Positions 1 to 14,419 of a stretch of DNA of 64,000 bases are shown here, in pieces. The position numbers and the translations under genes were made by a program. The notes beneath the pieces are model-generated. The model searched no databases. It saw only the letters and a list, made by a program, of their open reading frames with translations, and was not told the DNA's origin. The stretch is from Octopus vulgaris (lineage: Eukaryota), in the NCBI GenBank assembly GCA_951406725.2, contig OX597822.1, positions 49,228,001 to 49,292,000 on the forward strand, in the 5' to 3' direction. Each line of letters begins with the position of its first letter. Within the stretch, counting starts at the first letter, position 1.

Positions 1-38
1 ATATATATATATATATATAATATATATATTTATATATT

Positions 39-478
39 TACTCTTTTACTTGTTTCAGTCATTTGACTGTGGCCATGCTGGAGCACCGCCTTTAGTCGAG
101 CAAATCGACCCGGGAACTTATTCTTTGTAAGCCCAGTACTTATTCTATCGGTCCCTTTTGCCGAACCGCTAAGTTACGGGGACGTAAACACACCAGCATC
201 GGTCGTCAAGCAATGATAGGGGGACAAACACAGACACACAAACACACATACATACACACACATATATATATATATACATATATGCGACAGGCTATAAATA
301 AAATATATACATATATGCGACAGGCTTCTTTCAGTTTCCGTCTACCAAATCCACTCACAAGGCTTTGGTCGGCCCGGGGCTATAGCAGAAGACACTTGCC
401 CAAGATGCCACGCAGTGGGACTGAACCTGGAACCATGTGATTGCTAAGCAAGCTACTTACCACACAGCCACTCCTGCG

Positions 479-481
<3 letters not shown>
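39..481 (-). mobile_element. tRNA-derived SINE family A, full length
   Basis: Head GGCGCAGGAGTGGCTGTGTGG (A box) and GGTTCAGTCCC (B box), internal microsatellite, tail GACTGAAACAAGTAAAAGAG. Confidence 0.9.
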
Positions 482-551
<70 letters not shown>

Positions 552-1839
552 TCGATTAATGAGAGAGACAGAATATGATCACTACAATCGTTTCGACTTA
601 TTTGTCATCGATCCGTCACGAGTGGGATTCTAAGCATCTGGTTTAGGTGTAGATGTGTCTTCCTTACAAAAGACAAAAGCAAGAATTTTTTCTGAAACTC
701 AGTTTATTTAACCGTAAATAGGTACCGTCGGTAAGTATAATAAACAATGAATAACACAGGTATTATAACACAAATTTGACGGACGGAACTGGCAATTCTA
801 TCGACTCAGTACCTGGTTGGCACTTTATATCATCGAGCCCAGAAAAACATATACTCAAATTTGAAATCAGTGAAATTTGAACTTGGGACAAAGGTCTTTT
901 TAAACCCAATATTCTACTCGATATTATTTACAGCTTCAACTACATGGTGTCCTACCGTTAAATATGATTTACTTCAAACGTCTTAATATTTCTTAATTCT
1001 TAAAGTGTAAACATAATATTTCAGTGTTTTGTTAGGTTTGGCTTCCAGTTCTTAAACCTCTTTTGTTTCACATTCTCCATAGTATTGTCTTTTTGTTTTA
1101 TGAACATAAGTATATAAAGTTTCAGAGAAACAAACGGCCTCTATTCATCGCCATTATATATATAGTTCATAAACATATATCATAGAACTATATTTTATCT
1201 TAATCAATACAGAATCTGATAATGGAGATGTTTCTTGACTAATGACTGTTATTTCTTCTTAGTGTAAATTGACACAATTAATTTCTTACAAAGTCCATCG
1301 TGTTAATGCATATAGCAAAATGTCCATAACTTCATTAGTTATCTTCTAAAGGCATTCTACTCGCCATCATGAGTGTTAGTAGAATCCTAACAAATGTTAT
1401 TTACTTAAAGCTCTTGTCAAATATTGGTAGTGTGTGGAGAGAGCATTCAGGTTTCGAGAAATTTGTTTTTATTTGATGTTAATCTAATCTAATCTGAGAC
1501 TTATGCTGCTTAAAATATTGCCTTTGTAAGATATAAATAATTGTGAGGAGAAAAGCTTATTTTACTCACCTTTTACTCTGCTATAACAATGTATGAAAAT
1601 ATTTATTCTGTTTACACAAATTCACTTTACATGTACTTCATTCGTAAACATTCTCAAACTTAATTAGAATATATTAAAGGGAATAGCACTGATAAAAGAA
1701 ATAAAACCACGACCATACAAAATATACATGCATAGACACACATACTTAAACACTTTCTGTACTGCTATAAGTGTCTTGAAAATAGCCTCAACAACATTAA
1801 CAACTAAATGTCTTTATATTAAGTTAAACCTCTTGCGAA

Positions 1840-1922
1840 ATATACATACATACATGTATGTATGTATGTATGTATCTTTGTATGTATGTATCTTTGTATG
1901 TATGCATGCATGTATGTATGTA

Positions 1923-1995
<73 letters not shown>

Positions 1996-2043
1996 TTATC
2001 TATCTATCTATCTGTTTATCTATCTGTCTGTCTGTCTGTGTGC

Positions 2044-2075
<32 letters not shown>

Positions 2076-2107
2076 ATGTATATATATATGTATATATGTA
2101 TATACAC

Positions 2108-2144
<37 letters not shown>

Positions 2145-2172
2145 TATATATATATGTATATATACATATATA

Positions 2173-2228
<56 letters not shown>

Positions 2229-2275
2229 CATACATATATATACATGTATATATATATATATACATACATATATAT

Positions 2276-2336
<61 letters not shown>

Positions 2337-2340
2337 CACA
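1840..2340. repeat. Compound microsatellite (TATG/TCTG/TCTA/TA)
   Basis: Directly visible; it produces several spurious ORFs. Confidence 0.97.
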
Positions 2341-3366
2341 AAAAGACGCACACGCACAGACACATTGCATTCTGAAAGTCTCACCTGAGCAATATTATAA
2401 TTTTGGCCTATAAATATTTGTATCATGCATTCTATCCCCAATATGAAACTTAGATATTGCATTATACCTAATGAAGCGGTAGAATGACAATAATAGATAC
2501 TCGGGTAGTATTTCATTAGTTTTATTTCAATTTTGAAACCTTGCATGTGCATGTCCTCACGAATTAAGACGTATTAGTGTGCCAATGTTATCTTGGATTA
2601 GAATATTTTACACTATAATCCCCAAAATCTAGATATTCTCGTAAAATATACGACTCAGTGTCTTACCATCTTAAGTTCGAACCTAATCGAATGTGATATT
2701 ATTATTTTCATCAGTCATCAATTATATATAAGTTCTTGTTAATATTTAGTCGGAGGAAGAGAATTAATGTTTTTTTACTTGCTGTATTCAGAAGAAGCGG
2801 CAGTAACTATGGTTCTTTAGCTCATCTGATGCCGTTACTATTTGGTTTAAACTGCTGTTAACTGATACCTATAGGAAATACATGGATTGGGCTTTCAGAG
2901 TGGTGATGGTCTAGGAAGAAAGGACTGGATTGGACATGATGAAGAGAGTTAATGAGATGAATGGTCAGAAGCATATGAGGGACACCTGAAGCCAAATTTT
3001 AGTTGAAAAAGTAGAGGGTAAAAAACAATACGTTTTCTTATTCTCACATATACATGATCCACCGAACAATTGCCCACGCACACACACGCACGCACACACA
3101 CACACCCATAACATTTCCTTACCTCCACAAACCAACGTTTCTGTACTTCCAACACATTTGTTCAGGTACATACATCATACAAATACACGCTTTCCTTCCT
3201 GTCTTCTTAACTTCCTCAGAGGACACTCTCTCCTATTTTCCCGATGCTTCTCTTTTTCTTTCTGATGAAGAACTAACGTCTTAAGCGTCAATACTCTCCT
3301 ATTCAATTCCCAAAGTGTAAAACAAATACCATGTTTGTCAAACTTTGTTCACAGACACACACACTT

Positions 3367-3397
<31 letters not shown>

Positions 3398-3919
3398 CAC
3401 ACACATACACACACACATATATATATACACACACACACACACAACTAAACACGCGCACACATGTATTTCTACGTAGTTGTAGCTCTGTGGTTAAAAGTGG
3501 TCATAACATTCGTAAGATCGAGAATAGCGTCGAAAAGACACTGGCAAACCAATCGACTGTTTGATTGATCGAACGATTAATGAAGCATTCAATTATTTGA
3601 TTTGGTTATCAATTAACTAGTTTACATATAATAATGGTTTTAAACTTTTCGCATGACCAGTACGTTCGTGGGAGGGAGTAAGTTGATTACATCGACTCCA
3701 ATGCTCACCTGGTAAATATTTTAACGACTCCAAAAGGATGACAAGAAAAGTCAACCTCGACGGAATTTTGATCTCAGAAGTAGCGATGAACGAAATGCCG
3801 CTAAGCATTTTCCCCGGAGAACCAACGATTTTACCAGCTCGCTGGGCCTTATAATAAGTAAAATAGAGCCAGCCCGTGAAGTTCTTACCGGTATAATGAT
3901 TCTTCCAGGGTACACCAAC

Positions 3920-4235
<316 letters not shown>

Positions 4236-4967
4236 GCATGCATATGGAGTTGTATATAATCATCTGTACGTACGGGTATTGTTATAGAATAGACACACGC
4301 ACATTCTCTCTCTCTGTCTTTTCCTTTCTTTCTATATATTATATATAGTATTTAATAAATAACGAATAGACTTTGACTTCAAAGCATGTACACATATATA
4401 CATACATACATATCTGAAAATATTATTGGTATTTAGACACGCGTGCGCGGACGCACAGACATACATACACACACATACACACATACTTACACATACACAT
4501 AAACACACATACATACACGTATACATATAGAATGGTGAAAATAAATTTTTGAAGTCATAAATAGAGATTATTAATATAATGCCACGACGGCTCTGAAAGA
4601 AACTGTCTGTTATCTGGAGGAAAATTTATCATTTGTCAACATTTCGGTAAAATTCCATTGGTAGAATAACAACAATAATAAGATTAACAACATTGGAACA
4701 ACAACAACGACGACGACGACTAATGCAACATCAGCAATATCGAAATCAAAATGAAACAACGATAATAGTATCAAGAGAGACGACAAGACAACAATCGCAA
4801 TGACAGCGAAGCAGAAAGACTTGGTTATGGATTACTTGTATGTGAGTGGAACGTTTTGGGACAGAAGTTATTATCATCGATGTCTGGAATCTGCTTGATG
4901 TCCAAACAGTAACACACACAGATAAACATACAAAACGTATTTGCACACTCAATTACACATGCGCGCG

Positions 4968-5006
<39 letters not shown>

Positions 5007-5480
5007 CATTTACAGACATATACAAATAACCGTAAAACTCGTGCAGATATAAACACGCAAATACACCTGCACCGACACCCATTACCGCACTTACAACGAC
5101 GCTCACACATACAGACACGAAAACGCACATAGTGAATAGTTGTCATTCGTTCAACTTTTTAGATTAGTTCGAAAGTGACTGGGTATTCCAAAGATAGCTG
5201 TATTCTTAAGCTGTAATCCTCAAGCTGAAATACACAGTATGGTATGTCTGACCCTTTAAACTAAAAGTACAGTCCATACTCAGTTTTCGTTTCTCTATTT
5301 TCACTCAGAAGGCTTACATCCACTCGAAATTATAACAAACGACACTGACTCGCTATGCTATCATCCTTTATAGGACTGATACGTTATGTTGGTATGTTGG
5401 CATATAAACATTACTATCTGGTACTGAGACTCCGGGCTGCGAAACGAATTTCTTAATTGCTCAACCATGCATGCGTTCTC

Positions 5481-5534
<54 letters not shown>

Positions 5535-5674
5535 CCCCCCACACACACATCAAATGCTGTATATGTTAGCCAGCTGGAAGAGATGTTTTCCTGGGGGTAA
5601 GACAATAGTAACATCGGTCTTTACAGGACTACCACGTTATGTCGGCATGTAAACATTACTATCTGGTACTGTTA

Positions 5675-5740
<66 letters not shown>

Positions 5741-5929
5741 GAGCAATCTCAAGATTAATCAGCCGAAATTGCGAAAATGATCCGGTTCTTGACTGATGAT
5801 TGAGAGCTTCGAATGTCCCGTCCTTTTTTTTTGTGTCGTCTCCCAAAATGTTTCACGTTCTTGTCCCAGTTTGTATATTTTTTTACTTTTACATATATAT
5901 ATATATATATATATTTGTATGTGTGTGTG

Positions 5930-6312
5930 TGTTCTTTTTTATTATTTTACAGGGGCCATGCTGGAGCATCGCTTTTTAGTGGAAGAAATCGACCCTTGCA
6001 ATTATTCTTTGTAAGCCTTTTACTTTCCCGAACGGTTATTTCTGCCGAACCGCTAGGTTATGGGGACGTAAATACACCAATATCAGTTGTCAAGCGATGG
6101 GTGGGGAGACAAAAGACACAAAAACACACACATAAATATATGCAGATATATACGACGGGCTTCTTTCAGCTTCGTCAACCAAATCCGCCCACAAGGCCTT
6201 GGTCTGTTCGAGGCCATAGTGGAAGACACTTGTCCAAGATGCCACGCAGTGGGGCTGAACCTGAACCATGTGGTTGGGAAGCAAGCTTTTTAGCACACAG
6301 CAAGGCCTACGC

Positions 6313-6314
<2 letters not shown>
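5930..6314 (-). mobile_element. SINE family A
   Basis: Diverged copy homologous to 39-481. Confidence 0.85.
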
Positions 6315-6363
<49 letters not shown>

Positions 6364-6405
6364 TATACATATACATATACATACATACATACATACATAC
6401 ATACG

Positions 6406-6471
<66 letters not shown>

Positions 6472-6477
6472 TATATA

Positions 6478-6680
6478 AGGTGAGCTGGCAACGCTGGGCG
6501 AAATGCTTAGCAGCATTTCGTTTGTCTTTACGTTCTGAGTTCAAATCCCATCCGAAGTCGACTTTGCCTTTTATCTTTTCGGGGTCGATAAACTAAGTAC
6601 CAGTTGCGTACTTGGGGCGATCTAATCGACTGGCCCTCTTCCCCAAAATGTCGGGTATTGTGCCTAAAGTAGAAAAGTAT
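6478..6680 (+). mobile_element. SINE family B
   Basis: GGTGAGCTGGC head and GACTTTGCCTTTTATCTTTTCGGGGTCGATAAA core. Further diverged copies lie at ~3640-3850, 20120-20515, 27900-28460, 34675-34890, 44400-44620, 45996-46149 and 57560-57712. Confidence 0.85.
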
Positions 6681-6798
6681 ATATATATATATATAATTCC
6701 CCCCAAAACGAAGAAAAAACACAAGAAAAAAAGCAAGAACTCGAGGATATGGTACGTGCAAAATATTAGCAGACGCTCTGTGAAGGAAAGAGAGGTAT

Positions 6799-6831
6799 AT
6801 TTGCGTTTCGAGCAAAGCTCGACTTCAGAAA
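6799..6831 (-). ncRNA. Degenerate minimal hammerhead motif
   Basis: UUU-CUGAAGU-C-GAGC-UUU-GCUC-GAAA-CG-CA, with two core substitutions. Confidence 0.4.
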
Positions 6832-7879
6832 CAGGAGACGGAGGAAAGTCCAAGAGAAAAGGAAGACGGAGGTAAAAAACCGCCAACGACCCACATGTAG
6901 TTATATATATACATGCATCCTGATATAGCACATACACAAATAAATATTCGAATATACAAACAAACCTGCAAACTTACGCATCACACTCAGACAGAAAGAG
7001 TGAAAACAAAATTAAAGAAAAAGATAAAGAAAGTTCCAAAGAATAAAAGCGAAAACTGAGTGATAAAATAGGGAGATTTATAGAGCAGCATGGCTGCATA
7101 TTCTAGTCATTCACTCACCCGGAAATTTCAGCTTGATGAAAATCTACAAACTTCTAAAAGGAAATAGTAATACTGGATAATGTAAGCCAAGACATACGAA
7201 GTAAAAAGAAAAGACAGTTTGGTCTCGGTTAGAATGGTTTTGATCATAGAGGTCCAATAGATGTTGATTGTCTGTTTGTGGGTATCATTTTATATACGTC
7301 ATTATGAAGATTAATAATAAATAATAAGCATTTATTGGTGGTGCCCCAGCTAAGCCACACATTACGAGCTGAAACAAAAGAAATACTAGGAATCTCAAAA
7401 TAAAGCTGTGTATTTTATATATTTGGCTCATCGGAGCACTTCAATACGGATTGGATTAAATGGAGAAGCAATACTTGGGCGTTTCTACCAGGAATATACC
7501 TATTCCATCAAAGATCTTATATATGGAAGCTCTTCTACATAAAACGAGTGAATTTATATCGAGACTTATAACTTTTAAAATGTAAATTCACTATGGTTTA
7601 TGTATAACACCGACTTATATCTATTTATATATATCTTTATATCTGGAATTTATACATCTGTTTAGTAAATGTGAAAGAATATATGAATATATGTATCTAT
7701 TTGATCTTCGAGTGTGGATCTTAATTACGTTCCTCTAGTTACCGCTTGCATTGCCTCCGTTCAAATTAAAAAGTGACATATAGCTCACTTGGAGCACTAC
7801 AATTTCAGTCTGTATTTTTTGTGAGTATTGTTAACACTAGCAATCTCCAAATAAAGTTGTGTATTATATATATATATAT

Positions 7880-8790
7880 ATATATATATCTCATAGTTTA
7901 CTTAGATATCATATTTGAAAATGTCACTAAATGTCTTAACATTTTGGACTTAACGTTAAATTTAGATAATAGCTTATTTTAGCCTTAATATAAGCCTAAT
8001 AAAACCATTAAATATATCCCCGACTTATCAAATCTCCCCCAAAGTGTTATTAATGGGGTGGTCAAAGGTGTGTCGATATCAATCTCTAACTTATCTGCAA
8101 ACGAAAAGATTTTTTATAACATTGGATTCTTCTATATACAATACAGCAGCGAAGGACAGTGAATTTAATAAGATGTATTATATTAAGAATACAATATTTA
8201 AAGATAAATTAGGTAAACTTTTTCCAAATATTGCGAAATTAAACATCAACTCCTCCCATGTGCAACTCCCCCGAGCATAAGAGCCGACACCATGATAGAA
8301 GATACTATAATTCATTTAATTATAATAATAATAACTACACTGGGCAGAGTAGGAACAAGTCTGAGAAAACGGGAAATTATCTGGTTCACCTCTCCTTTTT
8401 CCCTCCGATTCATAAACATCCCCAAATTATTTTTTAGAATTATTGACAGGAATTTCCTATCAGGCCATAAATATCATTCCATCTTTAATAGATCCTGCCT
8501 TAAATTATCGTATTCACCCACGTCCAACATAGGATCATTAATTGCGGCCAACAATAGATTTAAACTTAGAAATAATAGTATTGTTAGAGGTGACAATATA
8601 GCTGACATTAATATGATGAATAATAACAAGAATCCGGATATTAAAAATATAAAGGCAAAGCATGGAAATAAAACATGTGATTGCCGTAACCGGGAATTAT
8701 GCCCATTAAAGGGATTCTGTTTAGGGAGAAATGTTATATATAAAGTTGAGGTTTCACCCCTTAGTGAATCAAAAAAGACATTATCTGGTT
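7880..8790 (+). mobile_element. Penelope-like element fragment (RT thumb/linker to start of GIY-YIG)
   Basis: Degenerate motifs LNILDLTLNL, IIWFTSPFS (consensus IIWFNPPFS), HKYHSIFNRSCLKLSYS and CDCRNRELCPLKGFCLGRNVIYKVEV. Confidence 0.85.
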
Positions 8791-9222
8791 CACCCGCTCC
8801 TTGCATGGGAGGAGTACGATTGATTTTAAGACTAGATATAAGGCACACACAAATTCATGGCGCTTGGGCTCGCTGTAGAACGTTTGGGTGAAGAACGTTT
8901 GGATGACATGGTACTGCTTGAAATAAATTCACAATTTTACATACATGCAATACAACACCACATACTCGCCTCTCGAGTATATAGGATAGATATAGGATTC
9001 TTTGATTTCTCATCTACGGTACTCTACGTGTTTTCTTTTAATATATTTTAATTAATGTGTTATACAGTGCAGTACTGTATCTCATCAATTATTAGGCGTG
9101 AAAGTGCGTATTTTATCACAAAAATAATTAAAATCTGAAAAGTCATAAATACTCTTCGGCCATAGAAACCTGCAATATAAATTTACATATATCAGCCAGA
9201 AAAATCGGCGATATATTGGGGA

Positions 9223-9261
<39 letters not shown>

Positions 9262-9264
<3 letters not shown>

Positions 9265-9516
9265 TTTTATTCTTTCATTTGTTTCATTCAACTGACTGCG
9301 GTGATGCTGGTGCACTGCCTTTAGTCGAGGAAATCGACCCCATCACTTATTCTTTGTAAGCCTTAGTACTTCTCTCGATTGTTTCTGCCGAACTGCTAAG
9401 TTACGGGGACGTAAATGCACCACCATCGGTTGTCAAGCGATGTCGGCGTGGGGACACAAACACAGACACACAAATATATACACACACTTACACACACACA
9501 CACACACACACACACA

Positions 9517-9547
<31 letters not shown>

Positions 9548-9562
9548 ACGACGGGCTTCTTT
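9262..9562 (-). mobile_element. SINE family A, head missing
   Basis: Homologous 3' two-thirds, ending where the MITE-like element begins. Confidence 0.85.
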
Positions 9563-10078
9563 CTAATAAAAAGTGTTCTATATTTATGGTTTATTGGCGG
9601 GAGTGCACATTCTTGTAGTTACTGTAATATACATCGTTATATTAGTAATTTAATATTAATTACATATTACAAATAAGATGTCTTCATTATACTAAATAGT
9701 TATATGTATACATTCATTTAATTTATTAATTAATTGATGATAATAATAATAAGAACAACAACAACAACAGCAATAACAATAACAATAATAATGATAATAA
9801 AAATAAATAGTTTTATTTAACTAATTAACTAAATTTAATAACCACTGTGATAATTATTACAGTATTGTATAATATTTTGATATCCATTAATATAGCCTAA
9901 ATCTATATATATGGGATATTTTTGTAATAGTGTTTGTAGCTCCAAATTTATCTTCATATTTATTACCCAATTCTCCCTACGATAAATTAAGTAAAAGAAA
10001 GTTTTGTTAAGTTTCTATTCATATTTATTACGGAATTCTTCCTCCGATAAATAATAAATATGGAACACTTTTTATTAG
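9563..10078. mobile_element. MITE-like element with ~40-bp terminal inverted repeats
   Basis: CTAATAAAAAGTGTTCTATATTTAT... / ...ATAAATATGGAACACTTTTTATTAG around an AT-rich interior. Confidence 0.6.
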
Positions 10079-10657
10079 TTACTTTAAACAATTTTTTGTA
10101 TCAATAACTTTAAATAAATAGAAGAGTTATTATATATTAAAAATATGATTATTATTTATATATTTTTACACGTTTTATTACAGTTTCTAGATTAAGCAAG
10201 ACACTGATACTTAATTTTATACATATATATTATTATGATAACGAAAGATTGTCTTAGACATAAATGAGTTTGGACTGATGTTATTTAGGATATACAGAAA
10301 TATATCTCGATAGTTGTAGATTCTACTTACTTATTTTGTCCGTTATAATTTTGTTGTTTTTTAAATTTTTAATGTAATTGATATGTAGTTGAATGGCTAA
10401 CGCTCACGCCCATTATGCATAAGCAATTATCCAACAATTATTCACACGGAATTTCGTCTACCTACACACCAATTGCCCTGATGGGGCTTATATATAATGG
10501 AGTTAAATTGTTTATATATCAAAAAATGTATATAAGTCGAAACAAGCCCATAGTATATTATACTCATAATATTTTATGTTATAATATAAATAAATTATTG
10601 GATTGTCATTTGTATGTCTCTATTTAATTTATTGTTTATATATATATATACATACAT

Positions 10658-11270
10658 GTGTGGTAAGTAGCTTGCTAACCAACCACATGGTTCCGAGTTC
10701 AGTCCCACTGCGTGGCATCTTGGGCAAGTGTCTTCTGCTATAGCCCCGGGCCGACCAATGCCTTGTGAGTGGATTTGATAGACGGAAACTGAAAGAAGCC
10801 TGTCGTATATATGTATATATATATGTGTATGTGTATATGTTTGTGTGTCTGTGATTGTCCCCCTAGCATTGATTGATAACCGATGCTGGTGTGTTTACGT
10901 CCCCGTAACTTAGCGGTTCGGCAAAAGAGACCGATAGAATAAGTACTGGGCTTATAAAGAATAAGTCCCGGGGTCGATTTGCTCGACTAAAGGCGGTGCT
11001 CCAGCATGGCCGCAGTCAAATGACTGAAGCAAGTAAAAGAGATATGTGTGTGTGTATTTGTATCTGTCCTTCACCACCGCTTGATAACCGGTGTTGGTGT
11101 ATTTACATCCCCATAACATAGCGGTTCGGTAAAAGAGATCGATAGAAAAAGTACCAGGCTTAAAAATTAAGGTACTGGGGTCGATTCATTCGACTAAAAA
11201 TTCTTCGAGTTGGTGCTCCAGTATTGCCGCAGCCTAATGACTGTAACAAATAAAAGATAAAAAGATAATG
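10658..11270 (+). mobile_element. SINE family A plus an adjacent partial second copy
   Basis: Copy at 10658-11041, then a repeated 3' half at 11045-11270. Confidence 0.88.
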
Positions 11271-12417
11271 AGATCTCCGACCTGACTTTTGGATACCGAG
11301 TGCAGATATTGATCTCATGCGTTAATAATATAATACTATGAAATTAAATCATGAATTATAAATAGCTCTTATATTACAATTATTATTGATATCACATACT
11401 TAATGTATGTGTCTTGTTTATGCGCTCCTTAAATAACACCAGGGGAAATGTACCTTTACGACGCCAAGTAAGACAAATCGTTTCCGTAGGTAATCGAGAA
11501 CGGAGATATTGATATTTCGCTGTATTTCTGCACTCTCAATACTGTGCACTCGCGTTACCTCCAAACGATTTGCGATCATTGGTTTGTAATATATATGCAA
11601 ATAGTGTAGAGTGTATTTGCTGATGTGCAACAGCGTTGCACAGAGAAAACAAAATTAAATTTTGAATTATAAGCAGCTCCGATAATGCAAATATAATCGA
11701 TACCATGTAGTTATTGCATGTGTTTTGTTTATGCGCTACTTAGCTACTGGATAGCAATATAATTTCTCCTTGTGCAATCCCAAATCTAAGGAACGCACAA
11801 TAAAAACACATACATTATGTGGTATTGATAAGAATATTATAAACATTATACATAAATCTGTGAACGCGACGTACGCGACGTACGCCACATATTGATTTTT
11901 AGAAAGATTTCAGGTCACAGATTTAGTGCAGAGAAGAATAGGATTTAAGCTTTTCTAAATAGATATAAAACTCATAGTGCATTAAACTGGCTTCCACCGG
12001 CAATTGATACTAGCCCATGAATTTCAATGACCAAGAGTTTAGTATTTCATATAAGATGGTTTGTTACATTGATATCGAATGTATAGAAAGTAGATATTAT
12101 TGGATAAGGCTAAGTGGAAAGAAATGATGGAAGAGGGAGATACAAGTATGCGTATGTGTATGTACATACGTACGAATGTATGTATATAAACTTAATTAAA
12201 GGATAAAATCATTAAAATTGAAGAATTTTAACAGTGACCAGCATATGTATATATACACACACACCCATCTATTCACTTATATACATATATATGAGTATAT
12301 ATGTTTGCATATATATACATAAAATATATATAGGGTGGTGAGTTTCTTGAAAATTCACCATCAGTGGCCTAGCATATATAAAAATTCAATAGACAATATC
12401 TTCTCAATATAAAAAAA

Positions 12418-12770
12418 GTACATTTAAATACAAGAGAAAACTGCCTTCAACAGGCAGTTTTTACACGCTAGATGAAGTAGTCAAAACGACCAAAACTACA
12501 TTTAAGAGCAAACCTTCAAAAGGAATGAAAAATAAAAACTTACCTAGTTATTTTATTCCGGTAAGGCCGAGGTTTCTAAAATTTTTTAGCAAATAACATA
12601 ATTTGTAAGGCGAAGTTTTTCATCAGTGACAGCGCCATAAAATAAGGTAAAAGTTTTTATTTTTCATTTCTTTTGAAGATTGCTCTTAAATGTGGTTTTG
12701 GTCATTTTGACTACTTCTAGTGTGTAAAAACTGCCTGTTGAAGGCAATTTTCTATTGTGTTTAAATGTAC
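12418..12770. repeat. Fold-back element (~125-bp arms) with a degenerate minus-strand hammerhead motif in the spacer (12561-12630)
   Basis: The left arm GTACATTTAAATACAAGAGAAAACTGCCTTCAACAGGCAG... is the reverse complement of the right arm ...CTGCCTGTTGAAGGCAATTTTCTATTGTGTTTAAATGTAC. The spacer reads GUCA-CUGAUGA...GAAA-CCUCGG-CC-UUAC on the minus strand. Confidence 0.8.
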
Positions 12771-12772
12771 AC

Positions 12773-12839
<67 letters not shown>

Positions 12840-12901
12840 CATACATATATATATATACATATATATACACACACACACACATATATATATATGTATGTAT
12901 A

Positions 12902-12993
12902 CTTTATTTTAAGCAGCAGAAAATTCAACAAAATCTGTTACGAGAAACTCAGAGTAACAGATTTTGTTGAATTTTCTGCTGCTTAAAATAAAG
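12902..12993. repeat. Perfect 40-bp-arm palindrome with 12-nt loop
   Basis: CTTTATTTTAAGCAGCAGAAAATTCAACAAAATCTGTTAC is followed by its exact reverse complement at 12954-12993. Confidence 0.95.
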
Positions 12994-13570
12994 CATATTA
13001 CTCTACCACTGGTATTTGAGTACTCTTTTTTCCACCTTGTTTCACATTTATGTGTTTACTCCGGTCTATATGTATGTATATGTATATCTGTATATATATG
13101 TATATTTATATATATATTTTTATATATATGTATACATATATATATATATGTATATGTATACGTATATCTATATAAGTATATTTATATATATGTATACGAG
13201 AAAGAGAGAGAGAGAGAGGAACAAAGAGATAGGGAGAAAACAGAAGAAAGAAAGAGAAAATATTAGTCACCAAAGAGATGTAGGATAAATGAGATGAAAG
13301 AATGTAAACAACAATAGCTCTTCAAGGCGCCTGTAACGTCTTGGAGAAGTCACCTAAGACACTGAACTCATCAACTAATCTTTAATAACAACTAGCTGTT
13401 GATTAGTGAATGAGAATGCGACTAATAAGTTAGGTCGCGAGCAAGCCGGTGATTGATGGAGAGGTGAAAGTGCCTCAAGTAAATAAGATTTAAATCTTAG
13501 TTTTATGAATTACAGAAACAAGTAAAAGAGATGACAGAAACAAGTAAAAGATAAAATATATATATATGTA

Positions 13571-13629
<59 letters not shown>

Positions 13630-13654
13630 TTTATCTCTTACTTGTTTCTGACAT

Positions 13655-13846
13655 TAGAGGCTCCGTGGTAAAGAAGTTTACTTCTCAACCTTAAGGAAGA
13701 AGGTCGATTAAAGCCTTGTGGGTGGATTTGGTAGACAGAAACTGAAAGAAACTTGTCATGTATATATATAAAAACCCGAAAGATGGCAAACTGCGGCTAG
13801 CACGGTCGCCCGTTGCTCCGCCGCCCTAACGTGCCCGAAATCGAAG

Positions 13847-13880
<34 letters not shown>

Positions 13881-14115
13881 CATGTATGTATGTATGTATG
13901 TATGTATTTGTGTATCTGTGTTTGTCGCTCCACCATCGCTTGACAACCGGTGTTGTTATGATTCCGTACCCGTAGCTTAGCGGTTCAGCAAAAATACATA
14001 TCACATAAGTTTAAGTCTTACAAAGAATAAGTCCTGGGGTTGATTTGTTTGATTAAAGGCGGTGCTCCAGCATGGTCGCAGTCAAATGATTGAAACAGGT
14101 GAAGGTATAAAAGAA
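13655..14115 (+). mobile_element. SINE family A, diverged and interrupted
   Basis: GGATTTGGTAGACAGAAACTGAAAGAA ... GGCGGTGCTCCAGCATGG. Confidence 0.75.
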
Positions 14116-14117
14116 TA

Positions 14118-14305
14118 CAGCTAACCCTCGACTATCGCGGTTGTGGCATTCCAGCACTCCTGCGATAGGTACTGTACTTCTATATTTTTAAAAATTATTT
14201 TTATTATTTGTAAATATTTATTTTATCATAAATGCAAAACTACACGGAGGAACCGACACAAGTTAAATAATAAACCGCAATAGGTGAACCGCGATATAGC
14301 GCAAG

Positions 14306-14310
<5 letters not shown>
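14118..14310. mobile_element. Tigger/pogo-like MITE
   Basis: TA-CAGCTAACCCTCGACTATCGCGG ... CCGCGATATAGCGCAAGATTA forms imperfect TIRs. Confidence 0.55.
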
Positions 14311-14350
<40 letters not shown>

Positions 14351-14419
14351 AAACATTTAAGTGAGGAAACACAGGCGGTGGATATAAATAGAGAAAGAGA
14401 TAAGATGAAAAGATTTGTT

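Noticed and set aside
1728-2552. Long ORFs rich in YI/LSIY/VC (also at ~3896, 5813-6544, 12755-13288, 23414-23770 and 28438-28713)
   Set aside because: They are translations of stop-free microsatellites and SINEs, not genes.
3255-3292. CTGATGAAGAACTAACGTCTTAAGCGTC, a possible hammerhead remnant
   Set aside because: The GAAA box is lost and stem II is weak; too degenerate to call.
5765-5822. CTGATGA near GAAA/GAAT (similar case at ~51838-51871)
   Set aside because: The required hammerhead stems cannot be formed convincingly in any permutation.
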